Assembly (NCBI RefSeq): GCF_003918875.1
Contig: NW_025764899.1
Location: 62,001 to 126,000 of the forward strand
Direction of reading: 5' to 3'
Length of the DNA: 64,000 nt
DNA from: Haliotis rubra
Lineage: Eukaryota
A program made the translations under genes and the position numbers. How positions within the stretch are numbered: the stretch's first letter is position 1; each line of letters begins with the position of its first letter. Positions 36,901 through 48,900 of this stretch are shown piece after piece. Under the pieces are notes generated by a model. The model made no database searches. It was given only the letters and a program-made list of their open reading frames with translations, and was not told the origin of the DNA.

Positions 36901-39552
36901 TTTCAGTTACAATGAATAATGAGCCTGAGACATGCATCTACTCTTTAACAGTCTATTCACAACAGTCATTTTCAGAGAATTCCGACATATTATCTAAACT
37001 TTTTACCAGACCATCGGGCTGGCTAGCTGTAAATTTAGACTGTCCGTCAGAAATCTAGCCCCGTTTCAGGCGGTCGGACGGGCCTTATTTTATACACTGG
37101 TATAAGGCATGGGTGGTCAGGTTAGGCAACTGCATGACTTTCTTTCCAGCAACTTGAGGCACTGCTCATAACACCAGTCTCGGTTTGTCTTGTCCTGACT
37201 TGACATTTCAAGGTAGCAGTCATGTATCCAACACTGGGTGGGGTGTGAACATGAACAAACAACATGATCAAAATTAAATAAGGATACAAAAGTGGGGATT
37301 ATTCTATGAAAGGAGCTTCCCTTGTAGCCAAACCCTTTCTCGTGTGTACACAGAGCTCGGAAATTTTCTGGAAAAAAAGAAAACATCATTTAAAAAAGCA
37401 AACAAAATTCATTTCAAACCTGTTTTTAGAAAGTTTGAGGAATATCGATCTGAAGCTTACATAGTGTTTTTATTGCTCTACTTGAACAAACAAAGGTTCT
37501 TTATCCTGATGAATATATGAGATAATATATGTCCTGAAGAAAATGCCTACACCTTACACCCAGGGCTCCAGATAAGGGCCGTATCGGCATATGCACGGAT
37601 AAAAAAATTGCACGATACGGTAGGTAATAATTTACAAAACGTAGCAGATACACACCACGGCAATGGTGTACGGTCTTAGAATCATTTACAGACGTATTTA
37701 TCTGAAAAAGTATTGTTTTATTGTATATTGACCTGTTTACACAAGACTAGCAATGTTGTGGTGCATATATGAAACGAAACACAAGATTACTGATACATCA
37801 TTAAATTCCATTCAGTACTCTAAATGTAGGCTTAAAGTTTTCGAGTACTCCTATATTGACAAAATAAGGAGTACGTACTCCTGGTGTTAAAAAATTATCT
37901 GGAGCCCTGTTTAGAGATTGTCACCATCAACAACTAGTCCTGGCAAGTATGCTCCAGCATATCTACCATCAATCAAAACTTGTAACTACCGGTAATATTC
38001 TGTATCATGCTGTGACCTTATTCATCGAACAAACTGTCTAAACTGGCTTTAAAGAAATTATCAATTGATAATTGTATATATAAAGAATTAATTATGACTG
38101 AACATCACAATAAAAAAGCATATCAGATAACATTCCACAATAAACATGGAAATGTTGATATACAATCACTCATAGGTCAGTGAGTTTAGTTTTACGCCAC
38201 ACTCAGCAATATACCAGCTATATGACGGCGATCTGTAAAGTCTGGACCAGACAATCCAGTGATCAACAACATGAGCATCGATCTGCGCAATTGGGAACCG
38301 GTGAGATGTGTCAACCAAGTCAGCGAGTCTGACCACCAGACTCTGTTTGTTGCCTCTCACGACAAGCATAGTCATAGGTCAGTACTACATACCTGCTGTT
38401 CTGGGGGCTACATCAGCCCGGAGTTCCATCACTATACGCCCAGCATCCTTGTTGTCAATACTTACATCAAAGAACACTTGAGGATTCTTTGTGCTTTGAG
38501 CCCGACATTGGCTGAACTGAAACATGAACGGTAAACATGAATGACTTGAACCAAGCACAAACTATTTCATCCAATCAGAGTATCAAACCTTAAAACAACT
38601 GACAGTGTTCGCACACAAAAAGTTAAAGTATACTACCCATTTCAAAAAACATGTTAACGTGAGATGGAGATCTAAATATGTCTATTATTGATTTTTTTTA
38701 TCCAAATAAGTCAAAGACGTTTTGGGATATTAACTTCTTTATTTATTATTTTATTTTTTACATTATTCACAAATAAGGAGCTGATAAAAGTGATATCAAA
38801 AACAAGTTTAATCAATGCTGACATCACTTCAAAGAACCATTATTCAAATGTTCCAACTATATTTGTGTCTGGAGGTTAAAGTCTCAAACATTAGTTCGCA
38901 AATATCGTTTTCAGGAGCTCTCCAAAACGTAGTATCATTTGAAATGTATCACAGACATTTACATAAACCCCCGGCAAAATTACGCGCACGTGTTAGTAAC
39001 CTGGCGGACACCGTGTCACTTTTCGCATCGTTTAGTCCGTGTAATATCTTATTCTGTAATTTTGGAGTGATTACCCAGACCCAATGCAATTTAGAAATGC
39101 CTATGTCCTTCTTTTTACCCTCAAAAACTGGGTTCCAAAGCCAAGCAATCGTCTTGAGAAAACCATGTCACTGGATGTTATCGGAGGGAAGATATTTAGA
39201 GTTACCTCCCTTGATCTACAGATTCTCCACAACTCTTAAACCCGTTTCGTTTCAGTTCCAAAATGGTACTATAATCATCACGTAAACAGGCTTCAAGATA
39301 TATTTAGTAACCATACTGGAGTGTATTCCGATTTTGAACTTTTTGTAGTTCGAGATGATGTAACCTAGGCATGATTAGATAGGAGCGTATCATATGTCTG
39401 AGTGCAGTGACGTTGATATACGGAAAACTGGACATAGGACCTACTTATGTTCTCTAATGTAATACTGCGTGTGGAATGTGCTAATCATGTACACAGATTT
39501 TGACCAATATTGATATATACATGTTTATGAGTTCAATTACCGCACATCCCAT
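33955..39552 (-). CDS. Single-domain cyclophilin (PPIase), PPIE-derived paralogue with predicted MGCAFSQC N-terminus
   Basis: Exons 39552-39541 (MGCA, predicted), 38516-38393 ([22 protein letters not shown]), 37367-37288 ([16 protein letters not shown]), 35746-35641 ([13 protein letters not shown]), 35094-35019 ([20 protein letters not shown]), 34555-34489 ([10 protein letters not shown]) and 34029-33955 ([16 protein letters not shown]). Frame intact; active-site motifs FHRII, QGGDF, SQFF, WLDGKH present. The first exon is less certain than the rest. Confidence 0.92.
35747..36280. repeat. Degenerate ~39-bp tandem repeat of the U12 branch point plus acceptor
   Basis: Minus unit GTGATCCTTATCTGTGTGTTAG|ATGTACACCTGTCTTT. 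SINE fragment at about 35805-35882 with acaaatacgggtcag TSD. Confidence 0.8.
35747..37287 (-). other. U12-type (minor spliceosome) GT-AG intron in the cyclophilin paralogue
   Basis: 5'SS |GTATCCTT; branch-like GATCCTTATC about 10 nt before the AG; no polypyrimidine tract. Confidence 0.85.
37561..37908. mobile_element. hAT-like MITE
   Basis: TIR cagggctccagataa / ttatctggagccctg. Confidence 0.72.
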
Positions 39553-41459
39553 CACGAATATCGCCGTCTCGCTTCTGGTGAAGCGCCGAGACGTTGTGAT
39601 ATAGACTATTAGTGAACACTGTTTTGTTTTAATACAATATGCTCGCTTTTTGGTTCGAGGAAATCGTATATTTTACTTTCATTTAAAAGTAAAACGAAGT
39701 AAATAACAGCATTCAAAATTAGGTTTTATTACAATTTTTAAAATCAGTTATTTTATAAAGTTGTCTTTATAAGTTTTGTAATCCTTGGAAGAACTCTTCA
39801 GGAAAGTATTTGGAAACGCTGCTCCGCACACGGCTCCACACCAACGCCTGCTGCCGTCACCCTAGATGTAAATCGGAAATGGAGTTTTGGCTACGTATAC
39901 TCCACTACTGGTTCAATTATTACAAGCTTAGAACTGCAGTGAAGAAAAAAAAAGTGCAGTTCAGTTATTGTTATTATTGTTCAAGTTATCAAAAGGCAAC
40001 AAATCATCTCTATAGCAATGTGTGGAGCCCATTTCTGGAGTCCCCCGCCGTGATGTTGCTGGAATATTGCTAAAAGCGGCGTAAAACCAAACTCAGGCAG
40101 GCATCTCTATAGACTGGTTTGTATAAGCAAGAAGTATTTCAAGGCTCTGGAGTTATGCTCCAAAAACTAGCACAGATCTCATTTTCATGAATATCTAACG
40201 TGTCATGAAATGGAAAAGAAATATAACGAAATATAATTCGAACTCGATACATTGTTGTTGATGAGTGAAGTCATGGCAAATGGCAAATAACAAATCATTG
40301 TTTGTTTTCAGTTTTGAATATAACTGGTCGTAATGTCAACTAGGGGCAACTAGTTATAACTTGAAAGATAACAGAATGTAGCTATCTGAATCTTTAAATA
40401 TCCCAACCTTTGGAATAATAGATTGGGACGCGCAAACAACATATGGCTCCAATTTTCAAGCGTGTTCATATTGGCTTTAAGTATAGATCTGGACAACTTT
40501 CAAGATTCTATTCCACACACGGAATCAACACAAAATCTTAACATATCTATCTTAAGGCTCAAGTTAAGCCTCCAAACCAAACACATTACTGTGTTCAAAA
40601 GATAAAGAGCTTCTGCAAATTTACCAAACAAATATGAGCCAACCTAGTTTCCGATATGAAACATGAAACTAGTAGCTGCATCAAACAATCAGGAAGGCCA
40701 GCATCATTTTATAGAGAGTTACCGTTCTAAACTGCTTAACTGAACTGGCAGTGCCCATCATATAAATTATGTGTACACTTGTTCGCTTGTGAACAGATAT
40801 ACTAAGCCTTCAGCGCTATAAAAATAGATTAAAATTTGTCAGATTAGCTTAAAGGCTCAAGTACTGCGAAAAGCATTGTTGGGGAAAATTCTATCAGTGG
40901 TAAAGATACGATTTGCTGTTAGTCCTCTTTTTGCATCTTAATCAAGAGCCTTCTGTTTCAGAGAGAGGTGTTTGCAGTGGTCCTGCAGTTGGTCTGAAAC
41001 TTTGCTTGAAAATCGCTAATAAATAGCTGACATATACTCCCATACTTAGATTATGGCAAAGTAGCACCAATAAATCTTAAGCTTTCCAGAGTACACCTTT
41101 CTTATTCTAAAGTGAAATCAACCCTGCTAGTGTAAAAGTTATCAAACTGCCAGACGTACCAAAGACATGTTGAGTCTAAGTGCAGTTGAGGGAGGGGGTG
41201 CCATGCACAAATGTATGGGGGTGCAATATGTAGGATCTGTCATATAGAGACCACAGGGAAAAAAACGTCACCCATATCCATGCATCACTGGAGATAAGCT
41301 ATATTTCAGTTCCATCTGCAAAAACATATTTTGTTAATGAACACTATGGGCCTGAGTATATATTTCCAAAGCATTAGCTTCCAACAATGTTTTGGGATTT
41401 TTAAAAAAATGTTAGTGTGTGTGTCTGACAATTTCTTCTTTCTTTTCAACAGTTAGAGG

Positions 41460-41752
41460 CGAGGTGAGGTGAAATGGGGTTTAACGTCGCACTTAAGATT
41501 AATTCGCTCATATGACGACGTGCATGCATGTGTATGTATGTGCGGCTGCTTGTACTAGCCCAGACTAAGCTGGTTTTATAGTGCTAGCCAACTGAGATAC
41601 CATGCCGCAGTAAAGCATGAATACCCCACTCAGAAACATTATACTGACTCCGAGTCGACCAGTCCTTGTTGTACCAATTAATGCCGAGCGCCAGGCAGGG
41701 ACCAACAAGTACCATATTTTAACGTCTTTTGCTATGACGCGGCCGGGGATCG
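41460..41752 (-). mobile_element. SINE family C, 5'-truncated
   Basis: Colinear with 29950-30250. Confidence 0.85.
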
Positions 41753-44700
41753 TTCAATAGTTGTGAGAAGTACAGTTATGTTTGTCGACTGAATTCCGGT
41801 TCAGTCTAAGACACCTGCCCGCAGCCACACAGAAACACACGCTGGAAGGTCTGCCCGGCCTCCACTAGCCAAATACACTGGCAAATTGGCCTAAAACTGT
41901 GAAAGGTTTCACACCAAAAACACCATTGAACATGCCTTGGAAAAGCACCCGATGATAAAAAAGGTTCCATGTGAATTTTGATAGGAGGATATTCATAAAA
42001 AGACGACAGAACAGCATGTTTAATGTCCATAACATTGACGAGTCTCAATGCGCGCAAACCTGTGAAGATCCTGGATAGAATTGGTCTTCGGTAACCCATG
42101 CTTGTCGTAAGGGGCGACTAACGGGATCCGGTGGTCAGGCTCGCTGACTTGGTTGACACCTGACATCGTATCCCAGTTGGGTAGATCGAAATGCGCGGTC
42201 CCCAAGCAAAAAACTCAATGAGGGGTATGCCCTCGGTAAGCAGTGAGTACCGCATCACAGACCTATAGAGTCTTTCAAATGGATATGAAGGAATGACTTG
42301 CCTTAATCTCTGCATCTCTGCTGCCAAATCACGAATGGCACCTGGGGGGATTTGGTACACAACGCCGACACAATGCCCTAGAAGGGAAGATACCCCTTGT
42401 AAGCCAAGGCAGTGAGTTCTTGAACATATTGTGCCGTTGAAGAAAAGCCATATAGCATCCTTAGCCGTGTGAGTACGGGCATTATTATGTTTGAATGCCA
42501 GTCCTCGTTCACTGCCACTGGTCCGGGAATCTGATCTCTGCGGCCCACGCCCTGAACAGAAACTAAAAGAACTAAATGTGTTCTCAGACGTCCAGTTATC
42601 TCATCACAGGAACCACCCATACGCTATTCCTCTGCATGACACAGGTTTGGGCATAACGCTCTGTAGACACAACGGGAAATGTTACATCTGGACTCGTCTG
42701 TACACACAACCATCCTCCACCATAACGGAGGACGACAGACATGATTTTGGCACCACCTTTGACAGTTTTCATGAAAAGTTTGCTTCAGGATACGTACCCC
42801 CATATTAATATAAGCGGTTCCTGACCAGCGTTCGAAATTAACGTTGGTCCTTAGGCCCGAAGCCGACTGAAAACCACAAGGACCCACCGCTTTTGTTCTC
42901 TGCAGGTCCTTATGGCCGACTGCTTTTTCATCCCCAATAACTAAGAGTATTATTTTTCAGAAAATATCATTCAGTAATTTCTAGTTTTTATGTCGATAAG
43001 CAGCTGTTGTGCTTAAGTGAAAAGACTATCATTTTCGATGAAGCAATTTTGATTACAGACTTTTCAGAAGACTTGGATCTTGACATGGATGCTGATTTTG
43101 TTGTAAATGAAGACTAGTCAGTCACTAGAATTAAATTAAACTCTTTAACTAAGTTTGCTCGTTGTCACATTGTTTTGTTTGCTGGGAATTACTTATATTG
43201 TAGCTGAAATATAGGGCCTACACATTCTGATCGGGACCCACAACTTTTTGTGGTTCTGGGTCCTTAGGGGCTGCAGCTTTTCAGGGTTAAGGGCAAACAC
43301 CATTCGTGCATCTGTTGGGCTGGATACGCCGAAATCCTGGAATGGTCTTAGCAGTGGTCACTACCGTCAGGAACCAGTGCACGGGATGGGTCAACGTATC
43401 AATCGTTCCTGTCCTGAAACGTGGATGTCCTGCACGTGGGCAATAAGCAACTTCAATAATGTTCAGATAATTTCTCTGCTGGATGGTGACAATGGAAATG
43501 CCCAGACAACTGGCAATCCTCCACTGACCATTCCATAGCCCAATGACGTTGGCATTATGTGCGGTTCATTAGCCGTTTTATTTTTTGAACAATCAAACAT
43601 CAACAAAGCTTCCCAAATCGACAGCATTTTTAATATATATATGCACTCCACGAAATTGATGCAGATGCACAAACGTGGAAACACGTGACCATGCCGTAAC
43701 CACTGACGACACAAAATGTAGCACATACATGTGTACACGTGTAGTTCCCATGTATATTTTGATTTCATATGAGCAGAGTTTCTTTTTGTGCCTAGTATAT
43801 ATTGTAAAAATATTCAGAAAAATTACGGAATAACCCCCTAGGATAGGATAGACTTTTGAAGTGTACAAAAGAAGAGTCAGTGGTGAATTAAAGTAGAATA
43901 ACTCGGTCACATATCCCGGTTAATATCTAACCAACGACTAATTTCATTTAATGTGATCGTTGTTAAACACCACACTCAGCAATATTCAAGCTATACCGCG
44001 TCGGTCTGAAAATAAACAAGCCTGCACCAGACAATCTAGTGATCAACTGCATAAGCATCAATCCTCGCGATACAATGATGTGTCAACAGAGTTAGCGAGC
44101 CTCCTGCTAGTCGCCTCTGACCAATGTCTAGATTCAGTAAGCAACAGTGAGTGAGAGAATGGTTTTATGCCGCTTTTAGCAATATTCCGGCAACATCATG
44201 GCTGGGGAAACCAGAAATGGGCTTCACACATTCAATAATTCACAATAATGAAGAACACTCAATTCTTTACTGTTATCCTTAGGTAATCTGTAATGCCATG
44301 AGAGATTAAACTATAGTAATATGTTTGTTTTGTTTGTTGTCTAATGCAGCTCGCAGCAAAGTTCCAGCTACATGACGGCAGTCTGTAAATAATCAGATCT
44401 AGAAAAGTCCAGTAATTGACATCATAAGCATCAACCTAAGCAACGGAGATACGATGACAAGCATCAACCAAGTTAGTGAGCCGGACCACCCAAGCCCGGT
44501 AGTGGCCTCTTATAACAAGCATGGGTAGCTTAAGACTAAATCGAAACAGGATCTTCATGGGTTGTAACATGAGAGATTGGGCGTTCCTTAGCTATATTTG
44601 AGTAGTATATGTCTGATATGGTTGGCTGTCTTCCAAATGACATCAATAACCCATCTACATGAGGTTACTACCTGGTTATAGGGTTATAGTTATATATTCA

Positions 44701-45952
44701 AGTACATGTTGTTGTTAATGTTAATCTGCTGTTGTCAAAACATACTGTGTATATATACTCCTCTACATCTGGTTGTATTCACTGTTAGCTTGATAACAAT
44801 GTAAGAATCTACATCGAAACGTTGCTCTATCCAATAAATAAGAAGTTGTCATACATAAAGTTTCATTTTTGAGTCACCAACTTCTAGAATGCCCATCAAA
44901 TAATCTCCACAGTCATCGGCCAGACTGGCTAGTGAATTTTCATGGTCATTTTTAAAAATATATCACTCTCTCCGACTTGTTAAGTTATAATACACTTTTA
45001 AATCATGCAAGATTATGGCCTGGTAAATAATGGTATTTTACCTTTTAGTAATTTGTTGCTTAGTTTCTACATTCAAATTTTGGGCTAGTGAATGATTTTG
45101 TGGGCTAGTAACTTTCAGGCATACCTAGCCCAACTGGTGAGCAAGATTTGGAAACTATTTCGCACACAGCAGGTGACCGGTTGCATTCTCCACAGGGAGT
45201 GTTCTGTACTGGTTGACCAGGGGTAATATGTCAGCGCTTGAGCATGCAATGTGCATGGAATAAATGCACAACATAAATTGACTATTATTATAGGGAATGC
45301 GAAGATTGGGTGATCTATTCATGGTCTGTTGTAAGGTCCAAGTATGCACATCATATGGATTACAACCAACGTCCATCTTGCTCCTTGCTTGATAGAACAA
45401 AAATATGAAACAAGTTTCTCATAAAAGTTCATATTTGTACATGTCTACAGAGAACATTTCACAACATGGTCGTTCTTCAAGAATTCCAATCACAAGTAGG
45501 ATAAAGGTTTCAGTGCTTTCCAAGTCTTCAACTTCAAAAGTGGATAAGGTTTCCATGGTGATACTGACAAAGACTTTCCTAGTATTAGCAACGTTACTTG
45601 ATGCATCACGCAAAGGAATGTTCTTCAGTATATTCCTAAATGTGTCTGTTGACCTCTCTTGCACTACAATTGACCTCTGTTGCACGAATCTAGCTGCCAT
45701 GTTGATGTGCATGGGTGCATGGATGCATTGATCCACTACCTCTTGAATCGTTCTGATGTGTTCAAGGTTGACATCAGTAGGATTGATGTATTGCCACATT
45801 TTCTTACACATCAAACTGTAAAATTCATCTGTGTTCGCAAATATACATTGATCTGACGCTTCCTGAAAGACATGCAACAAGCAAATGCACTTCCAGAAGA
45901 ACCATGTGGCAGACAGATGTGATCGGATCCATCCTCTAGTATTGTCTCCTTC

Positions 45953-48900
45953 TCACACAAACTCCCCACAGTTGGCAATCACCACCTTCTCAGATGGCTT
46001 ACCTCCCTTGCTTCCACAGGCCTGGAAAACACAACATTCTTTGTCTAATTACAAAGGTTTATTACAAAATATTCCACTAGAACTTACAATCATCATAAAT
46101 CTGTATATCCATACTTTCAGTTTGATTTCAGAGTTTTACATTTAGAACATTATGCTGACTCAATTCCATGACTGAATTAAACAGTCCACTGACCACAATA
46201 CAATTTGATGCTGCTATTTCAAAGTATTTTTAATAATGTGCCATAAATTAAATTGTTTTACTCTGTTGTTTGATTTGGTCAGAGTGATGGTGGATATAAC
46301 CCTCCATCTCGCTGCTTGTACCAGTGTGGGGCACCAAGCCTCAGCACAGTGGGATAGTCACACAGTTTAACCACAAAACCTTATTTAGGAATGTTGTCAA
46401 CTGAGAATTGAGAAACACAACTTCTACACAGGATGGTTATCGTAAAGAATCTGTTTCTCAGAATTGACATATTTTACCTCCATTTTCCTGACTACATCCA
46501 TTCCCTCGATGACTTTCCCAAACACAACATGCTTGTTATCTAACCTGGAATTAAAACATTATCAACATGAACATAGGGCAGTATGTAGAACCCTTGGGTT
46601 ATAGGCAGTAGGTCACAATATTGAATAGCTACTTTATGAAAGAAAAATTCAGAATACAGAGTACTTGAGTAAAGAGAATGTCTCTTGTACATATCTCACA
46701 TAGTTTCATTAATACACCGAACCGCCTCCGTGGTGTAGTGGTTAGAGCGTCCGCCCGGACAGTGGAAGGTCGCAGGTTCGATCCCCGACCGCGTCATACC
46801 AAAAGACGTTAAAATATGGTACTTGTTGGTCCTTGCCTGGCTCTCTGCATTAATGGGTACAACAAGGGCTGGTCGGCTCGGAGTCAGTATAATGTGTGTG
46901 AGTGGGGTATTCCTCCTCACTCCGGCGTGGTATCTCAGTGGGCTTGCACTATAAAACCAGCTTAAGCCTAGTACAAGCAGCCGCACATACACACACGCAT
47001 GCACGTTGTCATATGAGTGAAATATTCTCAAGCACAATGTTAAACCCAATTTCACCTCACCTCACCTCATTAATACACCTCAAGATCAACAATTTACACA
47101 AATAGAAAGCACACAATATATTCACTAAGTGTATGAATGACAAACAGAGCTATGGACATCAGCAACTGAATGAATCAGTTTTCTGCTATTCATATACTAT
47201 AAGAATCATTTGACCAGTATCCTGTTATTCACTAAGTGTATGAATTGGTGAACGAGTATTGTGCTATTCTGTTTGAAAGATGAAATACCAAACAGAAACA
47301 GCTCCCTACCAATCTGTTTTCTCTGTTGTGATGAAAAACTGGGATCCGTTGCTGTTTGGGCCGGAGTTTGCCATTGATAAAGTACCTGCAGATCAAAGAG
47401 AACAAGTTGTACAGTGTGATGAAGAACTCGGGTATAAAGGTGTATCTTATATGTTCTGCTATACAGTTCACACCCTGGAATAAGACTATGGGTTATAGAA
47501 TACTTTCCCAGAAAGTATAGAAAGGGCAGTAACTCCTCTGTGTACATCTCAACATATCAATAGTAATGGTTGGTTGGTTGTTTTTTAACACCACACGAAG
47601 CAGTATTTCAGCTATATGGTGGCGGTCTGTAAATAATCAAGTCTGGACCAGACAATCCGGTGATCAACAGCATGAACAACGATCTACGCAATTGGGATAC
47701 TATGACATGTGTCAACCAAATCAGCAAGCCTGACCTCCCGATCCTGTTAGTCACCTCTTACGGCAAGCATGGGTTGCTGAAAACCAATTCTAACCTGGAT
47801 GTTCACAGGTTTCACTAGTACTAGACCTAAGATCTAAATGTTTTAATTATTGTTTCCTCTTTGTGGAGGGTGAAAGTAATTATATTGCTCTGTGTCAGAA
47901 ACACATGACCCACTTACCATCAAACAATAACATACCTGATCCAAGATGTTTCAATGTAAAGTTCTCATCCTCAAACTTACGCCCATATATAGACTTGCCG
48001 CCAGTGCCATTGTGATTGGTGAAGTCTCCTCCCTGACACATCTACAGCAGGTTAAGGAATCACACAAAGACATACACGCGACAGCACTGAATCGAGCAGT
48101 GGTTGTCTTACGGTATTTGTTTACCAAGGGGAGACAACTGATGTTGAGCCTGCCCCTTTGTAATGAGTGGGTGAGTTTGTCAATGAATATTGCTTCGCGT
48201 CACATCAGCAACATTGCAACTATTCCTGGCAAACATAAAATCATTTGAATATTTTATGAAAGCTCTTTTGAAAGAATCCTATACTTTGACGGCACAATAC
48301 AGACTTAAAGTAACATAATATTATGTAAAAAATTGAGAACTACCAAATAGGATAGTGGTATTTGAAGAATAATATTTATCCATAAAATAATTGATGACTG
48401 ACTAGGATACAAAAGATGGAATGATTCTGTGGAAGGAGCTACCCTTGAAGCCAAATCCTTTCTCCTGGGTACAAAGACAGCGGAAGTTTTCTGAAATGGA
48501 AACAAATATCAGACTGACTGTTGAGACTTCTCCCAAACAACAAACATTGTAGAAAAATCAGACTAACCCTTCAAATTCATCATCTTGAAAACTGAGGTGT
48601 TACACATTTCCTCAAACAGTTGCACACAAATACATGATATACATTTCTGTCAAATAGCCAGTAGCATTGTAACATATGAACATAACATGCTTTCTATAGA
48701 TGTCAATTTCCTTGGAGGCATCAGGAGGAAAGTGTCCAGTGTATACACATGGCCCAGATTGACGAGCAGTCCCTTGATGTCTGCTTTCGGAGAGTTTTAA
48801 CAATCAAGGTTTCAGTAGGACTAAGAAATGCTCAATATTTTTAATTCAAACCCTGAGTCCTGTTTGAGCATTACACTCATATCATTACCTGCTGTCTTGG

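Noticed and set aside
38945-39015. Mitochondrial presequence-like frame [16 protein letters not shown] as first exon of the cyclophilin paralogue
   Set aside because: No nearby in-frame ATG and no convincing phase-0 donor. The MGCA exon at 39552-39541 fits better, though RNA data are needed.
45155-45955. Selenocysteine recoding of the two in-frame UGAs after PPIE
   Set aside because: No SECIS could be identified by eye, and the first UGA is at the normal PPIE stop position. Kept only as a readthrough or alternative-exon hypothesis.
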